The notes below the pieces were generated by a model that did no database searches, was not told where the DNA came from, and was given only the letters and a program-made list of their open reading frames with translations. From the NCBI GenBank assembly GCA_963677485.1, contig OY781964.1:1408001-1472000 (forward strand): a DNA stretch of 64,000 nucleotides. Direction: 5' to 3'. This DNA is from Armatimonadota bacterium (GTDB lineage: Bacteria; Armatimonadota; HRBIN16). Of this stretch, positions 30,186 through 41,452 are shown one piece after another. A program made the translations under genes and the position numbers. The first letter of the stretch is position 1; each line of letters opens with the position of its first letter.

Positions 30186-30221
30186 ACAAAACGGGCACCC
30201 ATGGGAAGGTGCCCGTTTTGT
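30186..30221 (+). terminator. Intrinsic terminator
   Basis: acaaaacgggcacc...ggtgcccgttttgt hairpin with a T-run. Confidence 0.7.
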
Positions 30222-30480
30222 GATTATTCCCGATTCACTCCGGCACTTTAGTTCTACCGCAACGCCATTATTCGTCAACTTCAGTTATTAACTGGTTCAT
30301 ATTCTGTCCTGCCTTGCACTCCATTAATGCGGGAAAGCCACAAGAATGCGGGTATGCAATTTGCCATCCCGCCACTCACCTGCCACCGCGCAGACAATGG
30401 CTTGAGTTACTACCACCATCCTTGTAGTATGAAAAGTAATGCTCAGTCACCTCCAACCGTGTAAGGAGACCATTTCACCT

Positions 30481-32313
30481 ATGAATTATCGTTTGTTACC
30501 TGCTATCCTACTGTTCAGCAGCCTGACCGCGTCGGCCGTACAGGCCCAGGGGCCTGAAGTTATACCCATCACCAACGCCAACTGCGTGGCCGTAGACGGC
30601 CTTGGCCGGGCCCTACCCAGTTACCAGCAGACGGGGCCTACCATCAAAGACCGCTGGGTGGGCATCTTCTACTGGCAATGGCACGGTGACCTTCGGGCCT
30701 GGAGCAGCTATAACATCACCGAATGGCTGAAAACACACCCAGGATTCAAGGACTGGGTTTCGCACCCGGAAGGTGGACCCGATTTCCCCACATGGTATTG
30801 GGCGGAGCCGTTGTTTGGATATTATCGATCGACCGACCCATGGGTCATGCGCAAACACATGGCCATGCTGGCCGATGCCGGTGTGGATTTTCTATACCTG
30901 GACTATACCAATGACTCTGTATACGACCAAGAGCTGCAGCAGCTCATTGACGTGCTGCATGAGCTCAAAGCCAATGGGATGAAAGTGCCAAAACTGGTTT
31001 TCTTCTTGAATCATGACCCAGAGTGGAAGGTAGAGCATCTCTACACAAACTGGTATACCACCGGCAAGGCGGACGATCTGTGGTTCAAGTGGAATGGCAA
31101 ACCGCTGATCATGGCACCCATCCCTACCGACCCGGCTGCATTGAAAAACCCTCACCAGATTCCACCCGACACAACCCCGGTCAAAGACGCCTCCGTGATC
31201 AAGCGGCTGCAAGATTACTTCACTTATCGACCCACCTGGGCATTTCAAGACGCGAAAACTGACCCCACCAAATGGCGGTTTATGGACAACAACCCGCAGC
31301 GTCCCGCACTGGATGCGAACGGAAAAGTGGAACAGATGGTGGTGGCGAAGTCGTTGGGAGGTCCGTTATGGGAAAACATGCACACTTCTGGTGTGAGCTG
31401 CGTTCCGGGTTTTGAGCCTAAATACGATGACCAGTGGACCAGCAAAGAAAACGCGCAAGGGCTGTTCCATCAGTACCAATGGGATCAGGCCATGAAGGTC
31501 AAGGCACCCATGCTTCTGGTGACCGGCTGGAACGAGTGGACCGCCTCGGTCTGGGAAACAGAGACAGTGAAGTTCCTCGGACGGGTCACCGGCAAAGGTC
31601 AGGGGCACATCGTCGATGAGTTCAACCAGGATTTCAACCGCGATCTGGAGCCAATGAAGGGCGGCTACGGCGACGTCTACTACTGGCAGTTCGTGGCCAA
31701 CATGCGCAAATACAAGGGTATGGATGCCCCTCAGCCCGTCTCCGCTCCGCGCAAGGTGACCCTTGGCCAGTCGGCAAGTTGGGCAGGAGTGACCCCAGTC
31801 TACAATGATACCGTAAAGGACACGGCCAACCGCAGTTGGGCTGGCACTCCCAAAGGCGTGTTCTACACCAACAATACCTCACGCAACGGCATCATCGCAG
31901 CCCAGGTGGCCAGAGATACGAAGAACATCAGCTTCTGTGTGCGCACCAGCCAGATGCTTACGGCGCCGGCAGGCAGCAACTGGATGGTGCTGTTGATAGA
32001 CAAGGACAACAACCCCAAAACCGGCTGGAACGGCTATGACTTGATGATCAACCGCAGCCGCAAGAACGGCAAGGCCAGCATTGAGAAATGTGTGGGCAAT
32101 AAATGGGCCTGGACCACGATCGGCTCCGCCGCCATGAGCATCGGAAAAACGCAGCTTGAGCTGCAGTTTCCGCGAAGCCTGATCTGCGCGGGTAAGCTGG
32201 CGTTTGGCTTCAAGTGGATGGACAACCAACCCACCCAGCCCAGCATCGAGAGCTTCTACACCGATGGCGATGTCGCCCCCAACAGCCGGTATAACTACCT
32301 GTTCAAGGAGTAA
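30481..32313 (+). CDS. Secreted GH71/99-like glycoside hydrolase
   Basis: Signal peptide; WAEPLFGYY, AGVDFLYLDYTN, VTGWNEW, DEFNQDFNRDLEPM. Confidence 0.7.
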   Translation: MNYRLLPAILLFSSLTASAVQAQGPEVIPITNANCVAVDGLGRALPSYQQTGPTIKDRWVGIFYWQWHGDLRAWSSYNITEWLKTHPGFKDWVSHPEGGPDFPTWYWAEPLFGYYRSTDPWVMRKHMAMLADAGVDFLYLDYTNDSVYDQELQQLIDVLHELKANGMKVPKLVFFLNHDPEWKVEHLYTNWYTTGKADDLWFKWNGKPLIMAPIPTDPAALKNPHQIPPDTTPVKDASVIKRLQDYFTYRPTWAFQDAKTDPTKWRFMDNNPQRPALDANGKVEQMVVAKSLGGPLWENMHTSGVSCVPGFEPKYDDQWTSKENAQGLFHQYQWDQAMKVKAPMLLVTGWNEWTASVWETETVKFLGRVTGKGQGHIVDEFNQDFNRDLEPMKGGYGDVYYWQFVANMRKYKGMDAPQPVSAPRKVTLGQSASWAGVTPVYNDTVKDTANRSWAGTPKGVFYTNNTSRNGIIAAQVARDTKNISFCVRTSQMLTAPAGSNWMVLLIDKDNNPKTGWNGYDLMINRSRKNGKASIEKCVGNKWAWTTIGSAAMSIGKTQLELQFPRSLICAGKLAFGFKWMDNQPTQPSIESFYTDGDVAPNSRYNYLFKE

Positions 32314-32374
32314 GGCAAAGCCCATGATTTCAAGGCAGCTCGTATCGTAATCGATACGGTCGCTTTAGTCGCTA

Positions 32375-33203
32375 AGTCCGGGCGGTCTTGCGGTACGCTG
32401 CTAATCGCCACTGTATATAGACCAGTCTATTACCCATAATTATTGCATGGCCAGTAGGTCACCGATTCCGCGACATAAATGTCTCGGCTATTGAACACCA
32501 AGACTGCTGAAGCAGTCTTCATTAACGTTATCTTTGTCGGCAATGAGCTCCGCAGCCCGGTTTACCGGGCTTGTTGATCAACAGCCGAGACATTTATGTC
32601 GCGGCACATGGTCGATACGATCCCAATTGGATTTGTGGGTAATAGACTGGTTTATAGACCGCGCCGGTCTTGTTCCCGACACATATCATTCATGGCTATC
32701 CGCCAGACCGGCGGTCTCGAGCCTTCTGCATCCGCTAGCCTACGCACAGACCGCCCCGGACTTAGGCAAATAAGTGATATACATGCACCCGCCCGTGCAT
32801 GCACGGCAGCCCATGCTGCAACTAATGATGTCGGCAAATGGCCACGGGTTCAGTCACCTCACGGGACTGGCGTCCCTAAGGGGTTTCCTCACCGCGTGGC
32901 TGATCATTAGCGGCCGGCGTCGCTACGCTCCTGCAGGCGCAGGGATTATCCCCGCGTCCGCTTCAGCGGACAGCCAGATGATAAGCGACGGGTGACGAGG
33001 CCTGCTTTAGCGTGCTGATGGAACCCGTCGCAGTGTGGCAACATAACCTTTATAAAGCCGAGTAGTATTCAAGCACCCGCCCATGCTGGCACGGCAACCT
33101 ATACTGTAACGGATACGGTCGTAGGGGCGCCCCTTGTGGGGCCTTAATCGTTGTTCATTCTATAATTCTTGTTTAGGTCGCCCACAAGGGGTGCCCCTAC
33201 GAC
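32375..33203. repeat. Composite stack of repeat families B (32418-32654), A (32657-32770), C (32843-33031) and a GTAG REP doublet (33118-33203)
   Basis: Each part has a homologue elsewhere in the window. Confidence 0.75.
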
Positions 33204-33339
33204 AAGTTATTCGGTAGTTAGTCATTCACCGTCGTAGTCTCATATGATTCCGTTGCGGTGGACGCGGCGAATGCATGTACGCAGAAATGCCCTGGAGTGT
33301 GCGATCTCCAGGGCAATGAGGAGGCGAAAGACTACTAGC

Positions 33340-34149
33340 CTAGTTGATTGGGCTGCCTGCAGGTGCACCAGCAGCGGGCCATCCGCATGCCGGTGTGGTT
33401 GTCCACTTCTTGCCAAACTGCACGAGTTTAGCATGGCCATCAAAGTAGGCGGCGTTGAAGCCTTGAGCGTGGTTGCAGTTGCCGTAACGCTCTTTCCAAG
33501 GCTGGTTAGCATCGTTGCGAGCGTCCTGGCCATCCCAGCCATAGTTCCCGTATTCGACGAAGAAGAATCGGTCAGCAACCCAGTTGCTACCTTCGCCTAC
33601 GGGGTCATTACTTAGGTTGCGGAACTCTGGAGTGGTCGTGTCACCGTAGTTCACCATTGGCCAACCGACTGATCCGTTGTAAACCCAGTTGGGGAACCAT
33701 TCGTAGGTTTGATTGCCCAAGTCCATATTGGCGGTTGAACCCTTGACATTACTGCTTGGGCAGTAGAAGATGGTTCGGGTTTTGATGTAAGGCTTGAGTT
33801 GGATGTTCATTAGGAAGCGGTAGAATCGGTAGCCATAGCAGCCCCAGTCAAGATCAAGAGCGGCGTAGGTATGGTCAACTCCCCAGTTCCTCGGGAATGA
33901 CAATGGACCGTCGATTTGGCCGTCGCCATCAAGGTCGCCACCGGTATAACAGCCGTTGGGGAAATCACCTTCATAGTCGTCAGCATACAGCTTCATAGCC
34001 AGACCAACCTGTTTCGTGTTGCTCAGGCAGCTTGACTGCTTGGCCTTTTCGCGAGCTTGTGCAAATACGGGGAATAGAATAGCTGCCAGAATCGCAATGA
34101 TTGCGATAACTACAAGCAGCTCGATGAGGGTAAATCCGTTACGTTTCAT
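33340..34149 (-). CDS. Prepilin N-methylation/DUF1559 protein with H-X9-DG C-terminus, copy 1
   Basis: [39 protein letters not shown]...FN..YFDGH. Confidence 0.9.
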   Translation of the reverse strand: MKRNGFTLIELLVVIAIIAILAAILFPVFAQAREKAKQSSCLSNTKQVGLAMKLYADDYEGDFPNGCYTGGDLDGDGQIDGPLSFPRNWGVDHTYAALDLDWGCYGYRFYRFLMNIQLKPYIKTRTIFYCPSSNVKGSTANMDLGNQTYEWFPNWVYNGSVGWPMVNYGDTTTPEFRNLSNDPVGEGSNWVADRFFFVEYGNYGWDGQDARNDANQPWKERYGNCNHAQGFNAAYFDGHAKLVQFGKKWTTTPACGWPAAGAPAGSPIN

Positions 34150-34480
34150 CGTGCATCTCCCATGGAATCATGTAATCGTGAAGACACCACATCAACATGA
34201 GTGTATAGATGATGTTTCACAGTTGCCTGATATATATATACATCCAATCTACGTAAAAGCTTGCATGAATATACCAGGTATAATTACCAGATTTTACCTT
34301 CCGTGGGGATTCTTTGAATTTTCCGACAGCGGGTGTGATGATTCGGGAGCGATTCAGTTCACCTTTAGCGTGTGAGTGATCGGGCTACGTCAGCCATGGG
34401 AACCAACTCGTTGTCTGTATTTTTTATGTTATATCTGGTGGCTCCTCTCTGTAATGGTTGCTGGTCACATGTTTGTCTAG

Positions 34481-34515
34481 TGCAGCTCTGAAGTCTGATG
34501 GACTTCAGAGCTGCA
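34481..34515 (-). terminator. Hairpin downstream of DUF1559 copy 2 (second copy at about 35682-35716)
   Basis: tgcagctctgaagtc-tgatg-gacttcagagctgca. Confidence 0.55.
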
Positions 34516-34532
34516 TTTCTACCCAACTAGAA

Positions 34533-35342
34533 CTAGTTGATTGGGCTGCCCGCAGGTGCGCCAGCGGCTGGCCAACCTGATGCAGGGGTGCATCTCCACT
34601 TCATGCCGAACTTCACGAGTTTAGCATGGCCGTCAAAGTAGGCGGCGTTGAAGCCCTGTGAGTGGTTCGAGTTTCCGTAACGCTCTTTCCAAGGCTGGTT
34701 AGCATCGTTGCGAGCATCCTGACCATCCCAGCCAAACACACCGTATTCGACGAAGAAGAAGCGGTCAGCTACCCAGTTGCTACCCTCGCCTACGGGGTCA
34801 TTACTCAGGTTGCGGAACTCAGGGGTAGTGGTGTCACCGTAGTTGACCATTGGCCAACCTGCGGAGCCGTTATATACCCAGTTAGGGAACCAAGAGTAGG
34901 TCTGGTTGCCCAGGTCCATATTTTTGGTGTTCCCCTTGATGTTACTGCTTGGGCAGTAGAAGATGCTGCGAGTTTTGATGTAAGGTTTGAGCTGGATGTT
35001 CATAAGGAAGCGATAGAAGCGGTAGCCGTAGCAACCCCAGTCGAGGTCTAGAGCTGCGTAATCTTTGTTGACTTCCCAGTTGCGTGGGAAAGACAATGGG
35101 CCATCAATCTGGCCATCGCCATCAAGGTCTCCACCGGTATAGCAACCGTTGGGGAAATCGCCTTCATAGTCGTCAGCATACAGTTTCATTGCAAGGCCGA
35201 CCTGCTTGCAGTTACTGAGACAACTGGACTGTTTTGCTTTTTCGCGGGCTTGAGCAAAAACGGGGAATAGAATAGCTGCCAGAATCGCAATGATAGCGAT
35301 TACTACGAGCAGCTCGATGAGGGTAAATCCGTTACGTTTCAT
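34533..35342 (-). CDS. Prepilin/DUF1559 protein, copy 2
   Basis: 269 aa, about 20 substitutions versus copy 1 by manual count. Confidence 0.9.
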   Translation of the reverse strand: MKRNGFTLIELLVVIAIIAILAAILFPVFAQAREKAKQSSCLSNCKQVGLAMKLYADDYEGDFPNGCYTGGDLDGDGQIDGPLSFPRNWEVNKDYAALDLDWGCYGYRFYRFLMNIQLKPYIKTRSIFYCPSSNIKGNTKNMDLGNQTYSWFPNWVYNGSAGWPMVNYGDTTTPEFRNLSNDPVGEGSNWVADRFFFVEYGVFGWDGQDARNDANQPWKERYGNSNHSQGFNAAYFDGHAKLVKFGMKWRCTPASGWPAAGAPAGSPIN

Positions 35343-35733
35343 CTTGCATCTCCCATGGGATCATGTAATCGTGAAGACACCTCATAAACATGAGTGTATA
35401 GATGATGTTTCACAGGTGCCTGATATATATATACCTCTAAATGACGTAAAAGCTTGTATGAATATACCAGGTAAAATTACTAGTTTTTACCTTCCGGGGG
35501 ATACTATTTTATTTTCGGACAACGGGGGGGGATGCTGCGGGAGCGGTTCAGTTCACAGCTAGTGTGTGAGTGATCGGGCTTCGTCATGCATGAAAGACCA
35601 ACTCGTTATCTGTATTTAGTAAGGATATGTTATATCTGATGGCTCCTATCTGTAATGGTTGCATATCACATTCTTGTCGAGTGCAGCCCTGAAATCCGAT
35701 GGACTTCAGAGCTGCATTTTTACTCAACTAGAA

Positions 35734-36543
35734 CTAGTTGATTGGGCTGCCTGCTGGTGCGCCAGCGGCTGGCCAACCGGTTGCAGGTGTGGTTGTCCAC
35801 TTCTTGCCAAACTGCACGAGTTTAGCATGGCCGTCAAAGTAGGTGGCATTGAAGCCTTGAGCGTGGTTGGTGTTGCCGTATCGCTCTTTCCAAGGCTGGT
35901 TAGCATCATTGCGAGCATCCTGGCCGTCATAGCCCTTTGAGCCATATTCGACAAAGAAGTAGCGGTCAGCAACCCAGTTACTGGCTTCGCCTACGGGGTC
36001 ATTACTCAGGTTGCGGTACTCTGGGGTAGTCGTGTCGCCGTAGTTGACCATTGGCCAGCCGACGGAACCGTTGTAAACCCAGTTAGGGAACCAGTCATAG
36101 GTTTGATTACCTGTATTCTGATTGTTTACAGAAGCCTTGACGTTACTGCTTGGGCAGTAGAAGATGGTTCGGGTTTTGATGTAAGGCTTGAGTTGGATAT
36201 TCATAAGAAAACGATAGAATCGGTAGCCGTAGCATCCCCAGTCAAGATCCTGAGCGGCGTAGGTATGGTCAACTTCCCAGTTGCGTGGGAAGGACAGGGG
36301 ACCGTCGATTTGGCCGTCGCCATCAAGGTCGCCACCGGTATAACAACCGTTGGGGAAATCACCTTCATAGTCGTCAGCGTACAACTTCATAGCCAGACCA
36401 ATCTGTTTCATGTTACTCAGACAGCTTGACTGCTTGGCCTTCTCGCGAGCCTGCGCGAAAACGGGGAATAGAATAGCTGCCAGAATCGCAATGATTGCGA
36501 TGACCACGAGCAGCTCGATGAGGGTAAATCCGTTACGTTTCAT
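35734..36543 (-). CDS. Prepilin/DUF1559 protein, copy 3
   Basis: Start placed by homology of the GGGAG RBS. About 20 substitutions versus copy 1. Confidence 0.9.
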   Translation of the reverse strand: MKRNGFTLIELLVVIAIIAILAAILFPVFAQAREKAKQSSCLSNMKQIGLAMKLYADDYEGDFPNGCYTGGDLDGDGQIDGPLSFPRNWEVDHTYAAQDLDWGCYGYRFYRFLMNIQLKPYIKTRTIFYCPSSNVKASVNNQNTGNQTYDWFPNWVYNGSVGWPMVNYGDTTTPEYRNLSNDPVGEASNWVADRYFFVEYGSKGYDGQDARNDANQPWKERYGNTNHAQGFNATYFDGHAKLVQFGKKWTTTPATGWPAAGAPAGSPIN

Positions 36544-36813
36544 CATGCATCTCCCATAAGATCGTGTGTTGGTGCGTTCAGATCGGTGTTTCATATTTAT
36601 GACTACCGTTCGTGCTGCGCTTCACTGTTACAAGTGTATTGACGTTCAGTGATATCTACATGCACCTAGTAATTATACCAGAATCAATAATTCGTTGCCA
36701 AATATGACGAAAATGACCCCGGAAGATATAACAATTCATCAATATACATAACACCATAGAATAATGTTTTTTCTGAGAATAGGATGACATGGAAATGGAC
36801 CGAGCCAACGGGC

Positions 36814-38922
36814 CTATTCTTGGCGTTCGAACACCATGCAGGTGATGCTCAGTTTGGGGAATGAGATGCCCGCGGTCAGTTGCTTCGATGACCAGCTCAG
36901 CTTGACCGGCTTGATGTTGTCAGCGAAGCCTGTGTCGATCTGCGAGCTGCGCGGATCGCTCGCTTGCTTGCCCCAGGTGAAGCCCGGGATATCCAGCAGG
37001 TCTTTGCCGTTATTGGAATCCAGCGTGTTTCCTTTTAGCTGCCATACCTGAATAGGTGCCTTGGCGGTAAATCCCTGAATGGCCATCTTCGTGCTGATGG
37101 CACTGATGGGGTGCTTGTTGATCACCATCACCGACAGCCTCTTGCCGTCTGCACTCAAGCTGCTGATCGCCTCCAGATACGGGACGCCCTCAACTGCCTC
37201 TATCTGCATCACCGGCCTGCTATTATATGTAGGTGAGGTCACCTGCGAGCTCACTAAATGATTACCAAACTGTTGGCGTAATAGCTGAAGTGTATAGTAG
37301 CTGGGTTTGGGGCCGCCGTCGCCGCCGATGCATCCCATGAAGCTGTATTCGGTCAGTTTGAAGAAGTTTGCCAGCTCCATTTTGGGTGTTTCCATATAGG
37401 CCTTCATCAAGCTGGCCACATAGAGCGCGGAACCCATTGTTTTGCAGTGGTCTATGAAGGGGTCTTTCGGCTCCACTGCGAAGAGTGGGCCATACTCCGT
37501 CACGGCCAGCTTGATGCGCTTGCTGTCTGCCGGCGCATAGCGGTCGATCTGAGCCGATACCTCAGCCAGATTGCGCTTCACCAGTATGGGATACGCCAGC
37601 AGGGCCTGGTATATCTCGTCAAAGCTGGCGTTGCTTGCGCTGGCCCCCGCCACGGCATAGGAGTTATGAACCGCAAGGTAATCAATCATGCTGCCGCACT
37701 GGGTCAGCAGTTTTTCGTTCCAGCGTTCGTCAGACACCATGCTGGCGGTCGGCATATTAGCGCCACCCACCGCAATCAACTGAACGCCCGGCTGCGCCTG
37801 CTTCATCATGGGCGCGAACTGCTTCACCTTGGCAATGTAGTCATCGATGCTAAGGCAGCTTTGCAATCCAACCGCGTCATCGCTCTTCAAGTATTGCTCG
37901 TTACCCAGCTCCCAGAGCTTCACCCGCATCTTTGGCTGATTGCAATACTGGAGCCACTCCACGGCCTCTTGTGGGCTTCCTGTGATGATGTTAGCTTGAA
38001 GCATCGGTTCGGCCCCGGTGAGCTGACAGAACTGTAGATACTCATCTGTGCCGAAGCCATTGGAGCTTGAATCCATACCTGGTCCGTGCGGACGGCTGGA
38101 CCTGGAGGCTCGGTCACTTATCCCGTCGCGCCAGTGGTAGAAGTCCGCAAAGAACCCGCCAGGAAAGCGCAGCGGACCAACACCCAGAGCTTTGGTCAAT
38201 AAAACCATCTCATTCCTGATCTGGTTGGTCTGCGTGCCCCATACACCGTTTGCGTCGTTGATCCACTCCAGGTTGTTGCCAAACAGCCGGGCTGGAATGA
38301 TCCGCCCCTTCACAGACGCGTTGACGGTCAGTTTTGCGGTTAGCTTTTGAGGGGTGGGTGAGAGCACGACCGGTTCTTCGCGCTTCAGGCTGATGTCGTC
38401 TATCCAGGCAGATCCGCTGGTGCCTTCGACGATGCAGGCGATCAGCAGTTTGTTGACACCCGGAGCGATGTTCACATAGCAATTCTGCTGTGTGTAGTTG
38501 CTGCGGGGGAAGTCCTGCACGGTCAACCCTGTGCTGCCCATAGTTCCGTCAGGCTTAAAGCCGATGGTCAGAACACGCGCCTTGCTGCCAGAGGAGACCT
38601 TCAGCCAGCACGATAGCCGGAACCGCTTGCCCTGCCACTTTTCGACATCTATAATCTGGGTGACGCCGAGTAGATGCTGTTTATCGGTGTTATTGGCGTT
38701 GGGGCTAAGCTGCAGCGCATATTGGCCAAGGTGCGCTTCGCCAGTATGACGGCTCACCTCTCCACAGCTCATATTGCCCGCATCGCGCATCCAAATAAGC
38801 GGAAGATCGATGCTCTGCTCAAAGCTCCCATTCTTCACATCCGGGGCGTCCGCCTCAGGTGCGGCGAATACCACCACCGCCAGTAAGGCGAGTAGTGGAT
38901 ACAGAGCAATTCTAAAACGCAT
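36814..38922 (-). CDS. Secreted alpha-L-arabinofuranosidase-like GH51 with N-terminal CBM-like domain
   Basis: Signal peptide; LRFPGG, FGTDEY, WELGNE, AVTEY. Confidence 0.8.
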   Translation of the reverse strand: MRFRIALYPLLALLAVVVFAAPEADAPDVKNGSFEQSIDLPLIWMRDAGNMSCGEVSRHTGEAHLGQYALQLSPNANNTDKQHLLGVTQIIDVEKWQGKRFRLSCWLKVSSGSKARVLTIGFKPDGTMGSTGLTVQDFPRSNYTQQNCYVNIAPGVNKLLIACIVEGTSGSAWIDDISLKREEPVVLSPTPQKLTAKLTVNASVKGRIIPARLFGNNLEWINDANGVWGTQTNQIRNEMVLLTKALGVGPLRFPGGFFADFYHWRDGISDRASRSSRPHGPGMDSSSNGFGTDEYLQFCQLTGAEPMLQANIITGSPQEAVEWLQYCNQPKMRVKLWELGNEQYLKSDDAVGLQSCLSIDDYIAKVKQFAPMMKQAQPGVQLIAVGGANMPTASMVSDERWNEKLLTQCGSMIDYLAVHNSYAVAGASASNASFDEIYQALLAYPILVKRNLAEVSAQIDRYAPADSKRIKLAVTEYGPLFAVEPKDPFIDHCKTMGSALYVASLMKAYMETPKMELANFFKLTEYSFMGCIGGDGGPKPSYYTLQLLRQQFGNHLVSSQVTSPTYNSRPVMQIEAVEGVPYLEAISSLSADGKRLSVMVINKHPISAISTKMAIQGFTAKAPIQVWQLKGNTLDSNNGKDLLDIPGFTWGKQASDPRSSQIDTGFADNIKPVKLSWSSKQLTAGISFPKLSITCMVFERQE

Positions 38923-39089
38923 CGAACACTTCCTGCGGGTAATGTGGTAGCTACCTTAATAAATAGACGCCAGAAACGGCTCAATGGGTCAAAACCACGG
39001 AAAAATCGGAATTCATCCACGGATTATGTAGATAGGACTGTATTTTCTCACGCGGAGACGCGGAGAACACAGAGGAACCTAATGGGATC

Positions 39090-40937
39090 ATAGGGGTAGG
39101 GAGAGCTTTCGCTCCCCCTCCCTCCGAACCGTGCGTGCGGTTCTCCCGCACACGGCTCTCCAGTTGGTAGTATTACCTTTCTAAGGATTGGCGATACTTC
39201 TCACAAGCTGTATGTAGTGAAAACAGCCCGTGATGCTCAAAGAAGGCGTTCGGCCATATGTTGTGGTCAATTCCACGACCTACACCGCGGCGTCCGTCAC
39301 GACCACGTAATATACTACGTAACCGCATACGTATCCATCCATCCAAGTCCCTAAATATACGACCATCGCAGTATTTGAAGTATCCAAACCAGCCTCTGGT
39401 GCTCATGTTTAAGTCATGGATGATGGCCTGCAGGCTGCGGCCATTTGCGCGTGGGGTCTTTTCGCGGATCGTATCCTTTAGCTTCTTGAGGCTCTTGTCA
39501 CGAACATTCAGGTATTTACCTTTTTCGAAACGAAAGCCCAAGAACTCAAAGGGCTCGATCAGAGCGTCTACGATCCGAGTCTTTACCGGGTGAAGGGTAA
39601 GACCAGCTCTTGTCGTCCAGTCTCCCAACTTCTGCAAGGCTGCCTCAGCATCTTCCTGGCTTTTGCACAATATCACCAGATCATCGGCGTACCGAACCAT
39701 CTCTATACCCAGCTCTTCCATCATATGGTCAAGTGGGTCTAGATAGATATTCGCCAGCAGTGGACTTATCACTGCCCCCTGCGGCGTCCCTTCATCAGGA
39801 CGCCATTCTGCCACGGTGTCGATAACCCCCTGGCCTAAGTATGACTTCAGTAAAGACAACACCTTACCATCAGACACCTTGCTCTCCACGAGTGAGAGCA
39901 GAGCTGCATGGGGTATCGTGTCAAAGTAGCTCCTAATGTCAGCATCTACAACGTAGGTGTAACCCTGTTCTAGTAGTGCTGACACACGGCCGATGGCGTG
40001 ATGGCAACCTAACCCCGGACGGAAACCATAACTCCTGTCGGAGAAGTCCCGCTCGAAGATCGGCTCAAGCACGTTCCTCAGTGCCGTTTGAACTACCCTG
40101 TCTCTGACTGTAGGTATCCCAAGTGGTCGCTTTTCTTTGCTTCCGGGCTTGGGTATCCATACTCGCAGTATCGATTGGGGGTAATAGATACCCTCAATCA
40201 GCCATGTGTGTATCTCTTGAAGATTGGCCTCAAGATGTTTCCCGAAATGAGCCACACTCTGGTGGTCTACACCGGCACTACCCTTATTTGCTTTCACTCG
40301 CGTGAAGGCATCCATCAGGTTTTGCATGGAGCAGACCTTGTCCATCAGGCTATACCATTTACCTCCATTGACCCCCTCGTCGAGGGCAGCCAACATTCGC
40401 CTCGTCCAGACAGCCGGTAGCATAACAGGGTCAGTGCTTGCTGCTCCCGCGTGGTTAGTCCCTCTAGACACTAGCGCGGGTAACTGTTCCTTTATCTTCA
40501 CTTGGCGAATCTACCTTCCTGCGCTCCCTTGGCTCCACATCCATTACAGACGCTTCAACGCTACTATGGGCGCTCTGACTTCTGCCTGCAACGAACTTAT
40601 TATCGCCACTACTGCAGGCAGATCTCCCTGCTTCACTTACGCGACCTCTTGTGACCATTCCATCCCCAAGCACCTCGCAACCCCCATCACTGCTCTATAC
40701 GCTCACTCTCAAGCATGACAGGCACTGTTTTCACAGCACAAACTTCGCCATTCCTACGCAGGCTCGTTGGTTCTACGCGGCCGAAACGGGTTTGTTATTC
40801 TACGGACTGGTCACTCGCCAACAGTTGCTCTCCACCCCACCTCGCGGTGACGCAGTTACTGCCGACTACAAGGCCAGAGTTGGCGTGGCCTCGAAGAGGA
40901 ATTGCACCTCTTTGTTCGCGTACGCTTGCAGGCGCAC
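39090..40937 (-). mobile_element. Group II intron, class IIC-like (1848 nt)
   Basis: 5' GTGCGCC at 40937. Domain V/VI gagagccgtgtgcgggagaaccgcacgcacggttcggagggagg...cctacccctAT ends at 39090. The 5' exon ends in a stem-loop. Confidence 0.92.
39173..40501 (-). CDS. ltrA: Group II intron reverse transcriptase/maturase lacking an endonuclease domain
   Basis: RPLGIPTVRDRVVQ, SYGFRPG, GTPQGAVISPLLANIYL, RYADD, domain X RGWFGYF. Confidence 0.93.
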   Translation of the reverse strand: MKIKEQLPALVSRGTNHAGAASTDPVMLPAVWTRRMLAALDEGVNGGKWYSLMDKVCSMQNLMDAFTRVKANKGSAGVDHQSVAHFGKHLEANLQEIHTWLIEGIYYPQSILRVWIPKPGSKEKRPLGIPTVRDRVVQTALRNVLEPIFERDFSDRSYGFRPGLGCHHAIGRVSALLEQGYTYVVDADIRSYFDTIPHAALLSLVESKVSDGKVLSLLKSYLGQGVIDTVAEWRPDEGTPQGAVISPLLANIYLDPLDHMMEELGIEMVRYADDLVILCKSQEDAEAALQKLGDWTTRAGLTLHPVKTRIVDALIEPFEFLGFRFEKGKYLNVRDKSLKKLKDTIREKTPRANGRSLQAIIHDLNMSTRGWFGYFKYCDGRIFRDLDGWIRMRLRSILRGRDGRRGVGRGIDHNIWPNAFFEHHGLFSLHTACEKYRQSLER

Positions 40938-41300
40938 GTAGGGGCTGGGTTTCCCAGCCCGGGGCCTAAACCATTCGTGATCGGTCCGATCCGCCTTATT
41001 CGTCGGATTCCGAGAATGCCTGAACCGCGGATTACACGGATTGACAGGATGACGCGGATAGGACGGGAAATGCCAATCGGGAGATTGGCGTTCCCAGGGG
41101 GGGGCGTGAAGGAGAATAACTGCGCCGGTTTGTGATGGAATCGTAGGGGCTAGGTCTCCCAGCCCGGGGCCTGAACCATTCGTGACCGGTCCGATCCGTC
41201 TTATCCGTCGGATTCTGAGAATGTCTGAACCGCGGACTTTACGGATAACGCAGATAGGAACAGGAAATGCCAATCGGGAGATTGGCGTTCCCAGGGGGGC
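40938..41300. repeat. Two direct repeats about 205 bp apart, each starting with a GTAG REP hairpin
   Basis: gtaggggctgggtttcccagccc (40938) and gtaggggctaggtctcccagccc (41143), each followed by matching sequence to gccaatcgggagattggcgttcccagggggg. Confidence 0.8.
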
Positions 41301-41452
41301 GCAGAGAGGGAGCATACAACCACAGATGGCACAGATGGCGCAGATTAGGTCATGACCGCGCCGGTCGATGGCTATGCAGATAACATCCGGCGCGGTGAAC
41401 TGATAATCTGCGTAATCGGTGAAATCTGTGGACTGTGATCTCCCGTTCGTCC

